Virus record (IMG/VR): IMGVR_UViG_3300047160_008180
Span: 769-64,768 of that record
Length of the DNA: 64,000 nucleotides
Reading direction: 5' to 3' (one strand)
DNA from: a virus
Taxonomy: Duplodnaviria; Caudoviricetes
Shown here piece after piece: positions 19,242 to 28,348 of this stretch. Under the pieces are notes generated by a model. The model had not been told where the DNA came from, made no database searches, and saw only the letters and a program-made list of their open reading frames with translations. The position numbers were made by a program, and so were the translations under genes. How positions within the stretch are numbered: the stretch's first letter is position 1; each line of letters starts with the position of its first letter.

Positions 19242-21023
19242 CTAGTAGCCGTCGCAGGCCGGCATGACGTGCTCGGTGAGCGCGAGTGTCCCAGGAGTCG
19301 GATACCGAATGATGCCCATGGTCTTCATCTCACCGAGTACTCGAGCGCCGTAGCCCTTCTCGAACTGCTTCCCCATGTGCTTGCCCATAAATTCGCGGGA
19401 CGTGGCATTTGGGTGACAGGATTCCAGGAAGGTAAGTACTTCGCGGTGTAGTCCGGTGGTGATCGCTGCCCAAGCCTCGTACATCGTTGCGTACTCAGGC
19501 GGTTCCGGCGCGAGCAGGCGCCCCTCGGGAGTGAGCTCGACCAGGCCTGGCGAGGGATAGAACACCAGGCCGTCTGTCTTCATCTCCCCCAGCGTGCGAG
19601 CTCCATAGCCCTTATCGGGTGTGAAGTTGGCCAGAGCTCCGAGGGTGGCACGAGGCGCTTGCCGTATGTCGCGCGCCTCCAGCCATCGCAGACCGCCCAG
19701 GATCTTGAGACGCAGGCCCGTGGGGACAGGGCGAACGGTCGTACCACCGTCGTCGTCTTGTGTGATCACGAACTGAGACTCGACCCGGTGCGGGCCTTTG
19801 CGCGGGACAGTCTTCAGGTCCTCGTACTGAATGGGAGGGTTGCCGCCGCCGTCGGGTACTCGGCGCGCGTCATCGACCAGGGACTGCTGCGGCTGTGGCA
19901 CACCGGGCGGCAGATGCAAGCGATCAGCGTTGTACGCCAGATAGTGCCTCGAGACATCGTCGCGCAGCGTGTCGACCTTTCCTAGGATGGTCGACATGGC
20001 ATCACGCGCCCTCGATCGCTCCTCGCTACGCGCCTCGAGGATCTGCGCTGTGATGATAACTGGGTGGTTACGCAGCCCTTTACGCACTTCCGCTTCGAGT
20101 TCAGCGATGCGCTTACGCAGCACGACGGGATCGTTAGCCTCAGCCTCAGTAGCCGCCTTACCCAGCATCGTCCGCAATTGTTCGAGATCGATAGGCGCAG
20201 TTTTGACCTCAAGGAGCTCCTCGTCGTCGGTGGGCGTCCGAGTGTTGTCGTAGGTCCCGTGCTCGGGCATTTGAACGCGTTCAAATAGGCCCGCCTCCGC
20301 GCTGCACACCCAGGCCTCGCCGCGGGGCAGACCGGATAAAGAGCCCTCGATTTCCATGTTGAGAGCCTTGTTTTTGCTGTTCGCTTTCAGCCATTTCACC
20401 ACCGGCTCCATGTCAGCCGGCGCGGTCATTCCGTGCACGATCATTGAGTCACACGAGCCAAGCAGCGCGTTGTGCACCGCCTGCGTGCGCTGGCTCAGGA
20501 TGATGAGTCGGATCCCCTTGGTGCGTCCGCCGGTGGCGAGCACTTTGGCCCAGTGAATCGACATGTTCTCGTGACCCATGCCGGCGCGCTCCTTGGGCGC
20601 CAGCATATGGACCTCTTCGATGACCAGGTACAGCACGCCTTTCATGCGCTGCATGAGCCGGGGCGCGAAGTCGGCAAAGAACCGCATTTGACCACCCGGC
20701 TCGAATTCGGCCATGTCTAGGATGGTGTGGCGCAGTTGGCCACGTGCGACCAGATCGGCGATCGCCTTCCCGGAGTTCGAGGATAGCGGCAAGTGGGCGT
20801 GCGGGCCGCCCAAGATGTGAAATGGCAACCCCGGACGGCGTCCGTCGGCGCTCGAGGTGATACCCCACCAGTCAGACTTCAGGGTGTCGAGAATGCACAC
20901 CCTAAAATCCTGGGCATGAACCTGCTTGACACAGACCTTTGCGGTGGTCGTCTTGCCGCGGCCGGTCTTACCCAGAATGGCGGTATGTTGCTCAAGGACG
21001 GCGTCCGGGATTGCTCGCTTCAC
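19242..21023 (-). CDS. HerA/DUF87-like P-loop ATPase with two tandem C-terminal winged-helix repeats
   Basis: [13 protein letters not shown] (Walker A), LVIEEVH (Walker B), GRTKG..LSQR. Duplicated KGYGARxLGEMKTxGxxxYPxPG unit. Confidence 0.75.
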   Translation of the reverse strand: MKRAIPDAVLEQHTAILGKTGRGKTTTAKVCVKQVHAQDFRVCILDTLKSDWWGITSSADGRRPGLPFHILGGPHAHLPLSSNSGKAIADLVARGQLRHTILDMAEFEPGGQMRFFADFAPRLMQRMKGVLYLVIEEVHMLAPKERAGMGHENMSIHWAKVLATGGRTKGIRLIILSQRTQAVHNALLGSCDSMIVHGMTAPADMEPVVKWLKANSKNKALNMEIEGSLSGLPRGEAWVCSAEAGLFERVQMPEHGTYDNTRTPTDDEELLEVKTAPIDLEQLRTMLGKAATEAEANDPVVLRKRIAELEAEVRKGLRNHPVIITAQILEARSEERSRARDAMSTILGKVDTLRDDVSRHYLAYNADRLHLPPGVPQPQQSLVDDARRVPDGGGNPPIQYEDLKTVPRKGPHRVESQFVITQDDDGGTTVRPVPTGLRLKILGGLRWLEARDIRQAPRATLGALANFTPDKGYGARTLGEMKTDGLVFYPSPGLVELTPEGRLLAPEPPEYATMYEAWAAITTGLHREVLTFLESCHPNATSREFMGKHMGKQFEKGYGARVLGEMKTMGIIRYPTPGTLALTEHVMPACDGY

Positions 21024-21235
21024 GCTGCTTTGACCTCAGTGGTGCAGGACTTCTTCTCGTCGTCGCCCTGCTGCTCGCGCTTGATGCGCTCGTAAATCTC
21101 CTCGCGATGGACTGGAATGGACTTCGGTGCGTTGATGCCCACTCGCACCTGGTTGCCCTTGACACCGAGAACCGTGATGGTGACCTCGTCACCGATCATT
21201 ACGGTCTCACCTACGCGTCTGGTTAATATGAGAAT
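21020..21235 (-). CDS. csrA: Carbon storage regulator CsrA (71 aa, probable ATT start; absent from ORF track)
   Basis: (I/M)[57 protein letters not shown] lies 8 nt upstream, and the stop overlaps the GTG of the next gene. Confidence 0.92.
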   Translation of the reverse strand: MLILTRRVGETVMIGDEVTITVLGVKGNQVRVGINAPKSIPVHREEIYERIKREQQGDDEKKSCTTEVKAA

Positions 21236-21284
21236 GCTCGCTGCTCCTTATTGCGCTTTCGGCGCCTTCGCTAAGACACTCTAT

Positions 21285-21866
21285 TCAATCATCGTCATCG
21301 TGGTTGTTGCCCTCCTCAGGATCGCCCATGAGCGGCTGTTGCCCTTCCCCGCCTTGTGCACCCTCGTCGTCGTCGGCACTGTCGAACAGTTCCGGCTGCG
21401 TCGCCTTACACTCGAAATCGCACACCTGACCCTCGACGTTGTCGGAGATGCGCTGGAGCTGGTTGCCCGGGTGAATCTCGACTTTGAAACACAAGTAGAC
21501 CTTGGTTTCGTCGAACTCCAGATGAGGGTTTTCCACGCGGCAGTCTGGGAAAGTCATCACCTTCCGCTTGTCCACCCGGTCGTCGTAGATGGAGATTTTC
21601 AGGTGCTCGGGTGCGCGGTATACCTTCATCGGAGACAACAGCGTGGTCTGCAGGGCAGGCTTGCGCATGTCGTCACCGAACAGGAACTGCGACAGCGGTA
21701 CCCCCTGGGTGGGGACGAGCATGTCGAGCTCCTTCGGTTTGAGTTGCAGGCGCACGGGGAGGTCGATCGCCTTGAGCTTTCCCGGCTCCTCATCGCCGGT
21801 GTCCTTCTCGCGACGGTTTTTGAAGACGCCGAACTCCGCCGGCCGTTTCTTGAAGTCAAAGCGCAC
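21285..21866 (-). CDS. Hypothetical protein with acidic C-terminal tail
   Basis: 193-aa ORF after AGGAG RBS, ending QPELFD...HDDDD. Confidence 0.7.
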   Translation of the reverse strand: MRFDFKKRPAEFGVFKNRREKDTGDEEPGKLKAIDLPVRLQLKPKELDMLVPTQGVPLSQFLFGDDMRKPALQTTLLSPMKVYRAPEHLKISIYDDRVDKRKVMTFPDCRVENPHLEFDETKVYLCFKVEIHPGNQLQRISDNVEGQVCDFECKATQPELFDSADDDEGAQGGEGQQPLMGDPEEGNNHDDDD

Positions 21867-21878
21867 TGATTTCTCTCC

Positions 21879-22385
21879 TTACTGCTTGGTGATGATGCGG
21901 ACCATGGACTGGGCGGCCGTCGCCGACTTCATCACCTGAGTAATGAGCGCCTTGGCGACCTCGAAAGGCATGTTTGCTCGGAGAGCGAATCCCAACACGA
22001 TGGCGAACGCCTGGGACATGCTGAAAATGGCCTTAATCGGGTCAATGCCCTGAAGGATGATGTGGTTGACGTTCTGGATGATGTCCTCGGTCATCGACTC
22101 GTAGTCAGCATCGAGTCGGATGCTGTCGAGGTTGACCCGGGTCATATCACCCATGTCGACGAGTAGGTCCTGACTGCCAACGTGCAGTTTCTCCAAGTGC
22201 TCGCGGCGCCTCTCATCAATCTCGATGAGCCGGTTGATGTACTCCATGTCGATCGGCCCCTGCGATTCGGGATAGGTACCTGGAGTCTGGCTAGTAACGA
22301 AATGCAGGCCCAGCGGACCTTTCTGGAATGCGAGACGCACTCCTTTGGTCGGTCCGGTCGGCGGAGGATTTTCCATGTCACTCAT
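21879..22385 (-). CDS. Hypothetical protein
   Basis: 168-aa ORF with GGAG RBS, co-oriented in the operon. Confidence 0.65.
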   Translation of the reverse strand: MSDMENPPPTGPTKGVRLAFQKGPLGLHFVTSQTPGTYPESQGPIDMEYINRLIEIDERRREHLEKLHVGSQDLLVDMGDMTRVNLDSIRLDADYESMTEDIIQNVNHIILQGIDPIKAIFSMSQAFAIVLGFALRANMPFEVAKALITQVMKSATAAQSMVRIITKQ

Positions 22386-22412
22386 GAGCGTTGCTCCCGT
22401 TCGTTATTGTGT

Positions 22413-22474
22413 CGGCCCGGTCCGGGGAGTCGAACCCCGGCGCGGAGTGCTGCCACCCCATCACGCCCGTGCCG
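22413..22474 (-). ncRNA. tRNA-like element lacking a D arm (not a canonical tRNA)
   Basis: T-arm CGGGG-TTCGACT-CCCCG, 8-bp outer stem CGGCACGG/CCGGGCCG with one mismatch, and one inner hairpin GGGGTG-GCAG-CACTCC. Confidence 0.45.
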
Positions 22475-22519
22475 AAATAGGCGCGTGACCTGTCTGCCAC
22501 TTCAGCACCCGGGCATCGA

Positions 22520-22783
22520 TTATTCGCGATAGACGCGCAGGACCTGGACGCCGTCGGTCTCGCGGGAGACCTTGCGCACCGCGAAAATCCGCTTGAGCTT
22601 CTTACGCGCACGACTGGCGGCAGTGCGGAGTGCGACGTGTTTCTCGAGGTCGGCCACCTCGAAGAATTCGCCCTTTTTGAGGTCCCCGAATGGCCAGCGT
22701 CCCCTCGCAGGAGTTTTGCCAGCGCCGAATGTGACCTCTTCCACGACACCCCCATTGCTTTTGTCTCGTTTCACTTCTATCAC
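22520..22783 (-). CDS. Small basic putative DNA-binding protein
   Basis: GTG start. RWPFGDLKKGEFFEV...AASR...FAVRK pattern seen in small phage proteins. Confidence 0.6.
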   Translation of the reverse strand: MIEVKRDKSNGGVVEEVTFGAGKTPARGRWPFGDLKKGEFFEVADLEKHVALRTAASRARKKLKRIFAVRKVSRETDGVQVLRVYRE

Positions 22784-22785
22784 TT

Positions 22786-22802
22786 TGTTACACCTTGTTG
22801 CA
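22786..22802 (+). promoter_or_regulatory. 10-bp-period direct repeat site
   Basis: TGTTACAcctTGTTGCA immediately upstream of the 22783 start. Confidence 0.6.
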
Positions 22803-22842
22803 AGGTAGTGCGGTTTGAGGCGCGCTAAGCGACTTGAGTCGA

Positions 22843-23409
22843 TTACACCTGAAACAGCGTTTGCGTCGCATATGCCAGTAATCCGGCGAAAGGAATTAAC
22901 GCCGCCCAAACAAATGGAATATCGTCTCCCCAGTCCGGGTCGCAGGTAACTGGCTGCCGCGCAGGATCCGGCGATGGTGACTCGGCAGCCGCCTCATGCA
23001 GCGCATTTTCTGCTGGAGCAGCCTCGACCGGGGGCGGCTGTATCACGCTTTCCAGTACCCAGTGGGAGTATTCGAGCTTTCGAGCCTGCTTCAGCGTCTC
23101 TTCGGGGCTCTCGTAGACGAACATGGGGGCCACTATGTTGAGTTGCGCGTCCCAAACCAGGACCCTCGCAAGGTGCGGCGGCATGCTCTCAGCCGCGAAC
23201 TTAATCCACGTGATAGCTGCGGGGCCGCCGGCCGCCTGGCCGAGCTCGTACGCGCGATTGAGCTCACGCGTCAGGTGGTCAGCATCCTCCTCGTCTTCGT
23301 AGGAGGTGCTGCTGGCGACCTTGTCGGGCCCGACAACGTGCCATGTCATGCCCTGGCCACAATCGCTGCAACCTGGATTGTCTTCTTCTGTGCGATAAGC
23401 CGCGGTCAT
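22843..23409 (-). CDS. Hypothetical protein with a DDIPF motif before a hydrophobic tail
   Basis: 188-aa ORF with N-terminal CxxC and WGDDIPFVWAALIPFAGLL. Confidence 0.6.
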   Translation of the reverse strand: MTAAYRTEEDNPGCSDCGQGMTWHVVGPDKVASSTSYEDEEDADHLTRELNRAYELGQAAGGPAAITWIKFAAESMPPHLARVLVWDAQLNIVAPMFVYESPEETLKQARKLEYSHWVLESVIQPPPVEAAPAENALHEAAAESPSPDPARQPVTCDPDWGDDIPFVWAALIPFAGLLAYATQTLFQV

Positions 23410-23413
23410 GTGC

Positions 23414-24181
23414 TCATCTTTGTTGGATGTTTTCGGACTGGAAGAGCTTCAACCCGTGGACGGTCTTCTCGACCTTCAACGTGCTGGAGACCTTATTGAT
23501 TTCCACCTGACTCCAGCCAGACACGATGGATATAGGGAGCTTGCCGTCGAGGATGGCACGCAGGACCTCCATCGGATTGTCCACGCTGCCAGTCCACCGT
23601 TTCACCGTCGAAGTCGACTTGCCGAAGGAGTTCGTGCCACCCAGACGTAGTGGTGCCGCAGTAACCGGTGCCATGGTAGCCACCTGCAGGATGGCGTCTG
23701 CGCCGGCCGTATCGCCACGCTCTTCCGCCTCCTGAGCCAGTTTCGCCGCAGCCTCTTCGTTGGCCTTTTGGACCGCTCTGGCAGCATCCTCACGCTTTTT
23801 CTGCTCAGCCTTCTGGAACAAGCTCATGCGGCCAGAGACAGTGGTCTTCGCGGACGCGAATTGCGTCTGCAATGGGACAAACAGCGCTTGGATGAATTTA
23901 CCGTAGTCGTCGATCGGCTTTTTTACCGCTTTGCGCAGCGCCTCGAGCTGGTCCCATTGCTCCTGGCATACCGTGAGGAAGTCGGCGCCCTTCTGCCACG
24001 CCTGCTCGGAGTCGATGACGGCACGTTCCGACTGGGCAGCCACATTCACCGCAGCATCGCGGAATGGCTGGAGCTGTGGATCCAGCGCCAAGATAGGCAG
24101 GATGGAGATATCGCGGCCCTCGTAGGACCCTGCTGGCGCCAGCGCAATCGCTTTGCTGACATCCAGGGAAACTTTCTTCAT
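23414..24181 (-). CDS. Phage coiled-coil protein of the recombination module
   Basis: 255 aa, LEALRKAVKKPI helical pattern, next to YqaJ and RecT. Confidence 0.65.
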   Translation of the reverse strand: MKKVSLDVSKAIALAPAGSYEGRDISILPILALDPQLQPFRDAAVNVAAQSERAVIDSEQAWQKGADFLTVCQEQWDQLEALRKAVKKPIDDYGKFIQALFVPLQTQFASAKTTVSGRMSLFQKAEQKKREDAARAVQKANEEAAAKLAQEAEERGDTAGADAILQVATMAPVTAAPLRLGGTNSFGKSTSTVKRWTGSVDNPMEVLRAILDGKLPISIVSGWSQVEINKVSSTLKVEKTVHGLKLFQSENIQQR

Positions 24182-24192
24182 GTTGTTTTCCT

Positions 24193-24834
24193 TCAGAAAA
24201 TGGACGGGATTGTGATCGGCTTGGTGGCTACAGGAGACTCACCACGGAAAGCCCTCATGAACTGCTCGCACCGCTGCACCATGTATTCAACATAGGCCTC
24301 GTCGCGTTTGACCTCGAGGGTGACCGTGCGCATCTTCCAATGTGGCTCACCAGGGTGGAAAGAGGTGAACAGAGTCATGTCGACGTTGTGCACGAACATC
24401 TGACACTGCACCTGGGGCCGGTGCTCATCGGGCATCCGCCGCGTCTGATACACCACGCGGTGGCGGTCGACGTTGTAGGGTGACTTGCACTCCCAGTTGA
24501 CCGTGCGGCCGTACGCCAGCGCGTCACTCGAACAGCCGATGAAGTCGTACCGTGGGTGAGTGACGAACCCCACGAGCTCAAGGTCGATGCCCAGCTCAAT
24601 CTCCACGTTGGCCCGGGCGATCGGCTCGCACCTGCGACCGTGAGCGATGGCGGGGATGTGATCGAGGTCGGGATCGAGGACCTCATCGCTGGCCAGTTCT
24701 GCCTTGAGCTTGTTGATGAGGGTAGTCCACGCTCGAGGGCCTCCATGCACTATCGTTTTCATGCGCGAACTGGTGAGCTTGCCGCGGCGGGCGAGGTGCC
24801 ACTCCCGATTGTGCTGGAGTGGGTTCTCACTCAT
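24193..24834 (-). CDS. YqaJ / lambda-exonuclease family protein
   Basis: WHLARRGKLTSS, HGRRCEPIAR, IGCSSDAL...WECKSP, QVQCQM. Confidence 0.88.
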   Translation of the reverse strand: MSENPLQHNREWHLARRGKLTSSRMKTIVHGGPRAWTTLINKLKAELASDEVLDPDLDHIPAIAHGRRCEPIARANVEIELGIDLELVGFVTHPRYDFIGCSSDALAYGRTVNWECKSPYNVDRHRVVYQTRRMPDEHRPQVQCQMFVHNVDMTLFTSFHPGEPHWKMRTVTLEVKRDEAYVEYMVQRCEQFMRAFRGESPVATKPITIPSIF

Positions 24835-25387
24835 CTGAAGTCATTCCAGGCCGCACGGGAGGCGGATAACGACCAGGGCCGCCGTCGGTCACCCGCCACG
24901 GTTCGAGCATCGCCTCGATGCGCTCGGCCAGTTTCAGGTCGATGCCGTACAGTTTCGCCGCAGCGAGGGTTATGGCCGGCAACGCGTCGCGACACTCGAG
25001 AAGCAGCACGGCCCACGGTGGCATTTGCTTCGGTGCCACCAGCGCGTCGATCTGCTGCAGTAGAAACCGCCGGTCTATGAAGGCCCGGCCGCAGGCACCC
25101 AGGGCCGGCAATTTGAACCAGGTCTCGGCGGACTGCGCGTCACGTTCGCGGATGTACGCCACCTCGACCGGATCCACGGGCTGAACTCCCAGTGCTCTGT
25201 TGGGCTCGCCCTTGGAGCAGGCGCCGCAGGTGTTGGCAGACCGCAAAAACCCATGCGGACACACCAGAGTCTCGGACCCACAAATGAGGTCCCAGAGCTC
25301 CGAGTCGTAGTCGACGAATCGAATAGGGACTCGCTTGTGCTGGAGACGGTAGAACCGGATTGGCACGGGCGACGAGGATTCGGTCAT
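24827..25387 (-). CDS. Hypothetical protein (Cys cluster)
   Basis: 186-aa ORF overlapping both neighbours, CPHG...CGAC. Confidence 0.55.
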   Translation of the reverse strand: MTESSSPVPIRFYRLQHKRVPIRFVDYDSELWDLICGSETLVCPHGFLRSANTCGACSKGEPNRALGVQPVDPVEVAYIRERDAQSAETWFKLPALGACGRAFIDRRFLLQQIDALVAPKQMPPWAVLLLECRDALPAITLAAAKLYGIDLKLAERIEAMLEPWRVTDGGPGRYPPPVRPGMTSDE

Positions 25388-26418
25388 TTTTTATCGCCTT
25401 TAGCGCGGCGCTTTTCTACTTCGGCCTTGGACGCAGCGATGCGCTCCAGGATCTCGTTGTAATACTTCTTGTCCACATCCGCGAGTACTTCCGTACCGTA
25501 CGCCGCGCACACCTTGCGCAGGTACTTGTTTACATCGCCGTGGCCGAGCTCCTTGGCCTTGGTCTCGATGTCTGTGATCTGCTCGACGGTGAGCTTCTCG
25601 ACCTCGACCTCCTCAGCCTGCCCTTCGATGATGCGACCCTCGGCGAGATGATCAAGAGCTACAGCCTGCTGGAACCGCTGCCATTTGGCACCGTGGTCCA
25701 TGGCCTCCTCCCAGCGCTTGGACGCGCGCTTCAGGGCGGATTTTTTGGCCTGCTCATCGAACCATTTGACCCAGGGTGAGTTCGGGCGGACATTTCCCTG
25801 GTCATCCTTGTAACTGTCGGACTGCTCGCGCATCTTGTAGATGTCCTCGGCGGGCACCCACTCCACCTTGCGCTCACTGCTGTTGGGCATCTTCGCGGAC
25901 ACATACGCACCCTGGAACGGGTTGCCGTCGGCTCCTCGAGCCACTCTGATGTTGATCCCGTGCTCGTACTCATCCCCCGAGCTCTTGCGCACCAGGAGAA
26001 ACGAATCGGCCTTGTACACCACGTCGGCGACAATATCGTGCACTCCGGCCTGGGTGGCGAGGTAAACCAACCCGCGGTACATGGACAGGAAACTGGCCTC
26101 AAAAACCTTGTCGTCCTTGTTCCAGCGCGCAACGATCGTGCAGTGATGTTTGATCGGGTTGAGGGTCAAACCCACGTGGGCGATGTTCTGGAGCACTGAC
26201 GCTAGAGTCTGCGGCAGGCAACGCCGCAGCCAGTCGTCCTTCATCACCAGGTCACGGGCGAATTGAAACTCACTGTCCCAGACCAGCGGCAGTTGATCGT
26301 GCGCCACCACGCTATCGAAGGTCGGTCTGGCGACAGTGAGGTGGTGCGTCACCTCCTCGAGGCTGAAGAGTTTGGGACGCTGCTGCGTTTGTTGTTGTGT
26401 TTTTTGGGCGGTTGCCAT
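25384..26418 (-). CDS. recT: RecT-family single-strand annealing protein
   Basis: IAHVGLTLNP, SMYRGLVYLA, GAYVSAK, PWVKWFDEQAKKSALKRASKRW. Confidence 0.85.
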   Translation of the reverse strand: MATAQKTQQQTQQRPKLFSLEEVTHHLTVARPTFDSVVAHDQLPLVWDSEFQFARDLVMKDDWLRRCLPQTLASVLQNIAHVGLTLNPIKHHCTIVARWNKDDKVFEASFLSMYRGLVYLATQAGVHDIVADVVYKADSFLLVRKSSGDEYEHGINIRVARGADGNPFQGAYVSAKMPNSSERKVEWVPAEDIYKMREQSDSYKDDQGNVRPNSPWVKWFDEQAKKSALKRASKRWEEAMDHGAKWQRFQQAVALDHLAEGRIIEGQAEEVEVEKLTVEQITDIETKAKELGHGDVNKYLRKVCAAYGTEVLADVDKKYYNEILERIAASKAEVEKRRAKGDKK

Positions 26419-26421
26419 GAA

Positions 26422-27150
26422 TCAGCCTCGCAATTCGATCTGCTGTTGAGCGGCCTTCACTTCCCACGGATCCATGTCATTGATCCGCACCGGGTCTAGT
26501 ATCCAGCGCAGCATGCCCAGCGGCACTTCGCTGTAGAGCGTTCCAGGCTTGCCGTTCTTCGGCCCGTACTTGCTGAAACCGATACGCAGCGGGATCCGGG
26601 CCTGCTCGGACACCTCCCACAACCTCTCCCATGAGGTGACGCGGGCGAGTGGGTCAGAAACGCTGATTTCGTGGAGCAAGCTGTCAAGCACGAAATTGGT
26701 GAGATGGATGTCCTGGGCCGCGTTGTGAGCGGTGGCGACCATCTCGCGCGCCTCCTTGGGATTGACCAGGTGGTAGATCAGCGCGCTGAGCTTGTACGAG
26801 TCCAGGTCAGGCCAATACCGCTTGGCCAGCGCCATGGTGCAGATTCGCTTCACCGACGGGGAGCCTATGGAGGCCCAGTCGAAGTCGATCTGGTGACCGA
26901 TTAGGTAGTGCACCCCGAGGGGCAGCGCGTAGGAACCAGGCCACTCCGGGAAGGTTTTGAGGTCTTCCATGATGATGCCGTGGGTGGCCATGGCACCGAT
27001 CGAGATGGGCTTACGCGGTTTGAAAAATAGAACGGTCGCTTCATCCCTGGGGAGCTCACCAAAGACTATCGGAGCTGTGTGTGCCAGTTGAACGACATCT
27101 GGCGCATCGAGGCCTGTGCCTTCGGTGTCCAGGATCATAGCCATGACCAT
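26422..27150 (-). CDS. DEDDh 3'-5' exonuclease (ExoX-like)
   Basis: ILDTEGTG, GHQIDFD, AHNAAQD, FSKYG tail. Start re-set to ATG 27150 after GAGGAG. Confidence 0.88.
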   Translation of the reverse strand: MVMAMILDTEGTGLDAPDVVQLAHTAPIVFGELPRDEATVLFFKPRKPISIGAMATHGIIMEDLKTFPEWPGSYALPLGVHYLIGHQIDFDWASIGSPSVKRICTMALAKRYWPDLDSYKLSALIYHLVNPKEAREMVATAHNAAQDIHLTNFVLDSLLHEISVSDPLARVTSWERLWEVSEQARIPLRIGFSKYGPKNGKPGTLYSEVPLGMLRWILDPVRINDMDPWEVKAAQQQIELRG

Positions 27151-27554
27151 GACTTTCTCCTCTTGATAGCAGAAATAGCGCCGAGCGAGACATTGAACTG
27201 TGCAGCCAGAGCGCGTTGGCTCTCGCCCGAAGCGCGGATTGCAAGTACTTTTTCTACCGTCAGCCGCGACCACGGCGCCGATTCACCGCGCACTACGCGC
27301 TTGCGTCCCTTGCGGATCATGTCGGCTGTGTTGTCCTGGTGCGTGCCGAGGAACAAATGCTGTTCCTCAACGCATGGGCGATTGTCGCAACTGTGGCAGA
27401 CCAGTTTATTGAGCGGGATTCTCCCGTGGACCTGCTCCCACATCACACGGTGTGCGAGTCGCCGCTGGCCTTCGACCTGCACATATGCATACTTTCCGAG
27501 GCGAACGCCGCGGACCTCGAGACAGCCGATAGATTGACCGGGCCTGAGGGGCAT
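27135..27554 (-). mobile_element. Free-standing HNH endonuclease with C-terminal HTH
   Basis: AHRVMWEQVHG...VCHSCDNRPCVEEQHLFLGTHQDNTADMIRKGR, SQRALAAQFNVS. Start uncertain (27554 or 27635). Confidence 0.88.
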
Positions 27555-27673
27555 TCGCACGGCATTGCTCAGGAGCCGTAAATGCACAGGAGCGCGACAT
27601 GACCGAGGAGAGGGCAGAACCGAAGGTTGCGACACGTGGACCTCGTGCTATGGGTTTCATCTACGCTACCCGT

Positions 27674-27707
27674 TGTTGCACGTTGTTACAAGCCGTGTCA
27701 CTATAGT
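27674..27707 (+). promoter_or_regulatory. Rightward promoter: direct repeats plus TATAGT -10
   Basis: TGTTGCAcgtTGTTACA at 27674-27690, TATAGT at 27702-27707, ATG at 27712. Confidence 0.6.
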
Positions 27708-27711
27708 TTCC

Positions 27712-27897
27712 ATGGAAGCACTGGACGACCTGACGCTGCCGACGGAATTCACCGTCCGCCAACTGGAGCGGATGGCCGAGCTCGTCATGACTGCGAACAG
27801 CGTCAAGCCGAATCCCGAGGACCACAACCTCGGTCGCAAGCTCCAGGAATATTGTTCGATGGCGGGCCGGGTCCACGGCTTCCGCCGCGCGGGCTAA
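27712..27897 (+). CDS. Small protein, probably on a leaderless mRNA
   Basis: 61 aa (MEALDDLTLPTEF...), no SD, ATG 4 nt after the -10 box. Confidence 0.55.
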   Translation: MEALDDLTLPTEFTVRQLERMAELVMTANSVKPNPEDHNLGRKLQEYCSMAGRVHGFRRAG

Positions 27898-28012
27898 ACC
27901 CGCAAGGGTCCCGAACCAGACGCGCACGTCAGGGCGGCGAAAGAGGTCTGACGGCCTCGCCAATGTCGGCCCGCCACCGAGAGCGGTGTCCGTGGGTTGC
28001 TGGTAGGGCGGT

Positions 28013-28044
28013 GGGGGCCCTCTGAGACGGGGGCCCCCTTCGTT
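28013..28044 (+). terminator. GC-rich hairpin / possible intrinsic terminator
   Basis: GGGGGCCC...GGGCCCCC stem followed by TTCGTT. Confidence 0.5.
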
Positions 28045-28106
28045 ATCGCACCAATTCAGCCTGCGCGGTACACTTCTCCCCGGAAGTCAACCTCCGGGAG
28101 ACCTCG

Positions 28107-28307
28107 ATGGCCAAACTCACGCCGACTGCGCGCTCGAAACTCAGCGCCTCAACGTTTGCGCTCCCCGGCCGGCGCTATCCCATTCCCGATGCGAGTCATG
28201 CCCGCAATGCCTTGGCGCGGGCTTCTCAGCAAGCCTCCCCGGCCGAGCGGGCCACCATCAGCAGGAAGGTTCACGCCCGTTTCCCTGGCATCAAGCAGGG
28301 CGGTTGA
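28107..28307 (+). CDS. Small basic conserved phage protein
   Basis: ARSKLSASTFALPGRRYPIPDASHARNALAR, a motif recognised from other phage small proteins. Confidence 0.7.
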   Translation: MAKLTPTARSKLSASTFALPGRRYPIPDASHARNALARASQQASPAERATISRKVHARFPGIKQGG

Positions 28308-28348
28308 CCCCACTTTCCCCCACCTCGCACCATAGTCTGGAGCGCATC

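Noticed and set aside
21117-21869. 250-aa plus-strand ORF
   Set aside because: Antisense of csrA and the 21285 gene.
22413-22474. Canonical tRNA gene
   Set aside because: No D arm, no 7-nt anticodon loop and no CCA. Reported as tRNA-like only.
27150-27273. N-terminal extension of the exonuclease in the track
   Set aside because: It overlaps the HNH, and the GAGGAG RBS places the start at 27150. Track starts at 5121, 18602, 31809, 34418 and 60143 were re-set for similar reasons.
27216-27581. 121-aa plus-strand ORF
   Set aside because: In-register antisense of the second HNH. Used only as support for the nested-HNH mechanism.
27895-27960. Possible c-di-GMP riboswitch or hammerhead ribozyme
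   Set aside because: GGCTAAA and GAAA pieces are present, but the order and core consensus do not match by eye. Kept only as a generic ncRNA candidate.
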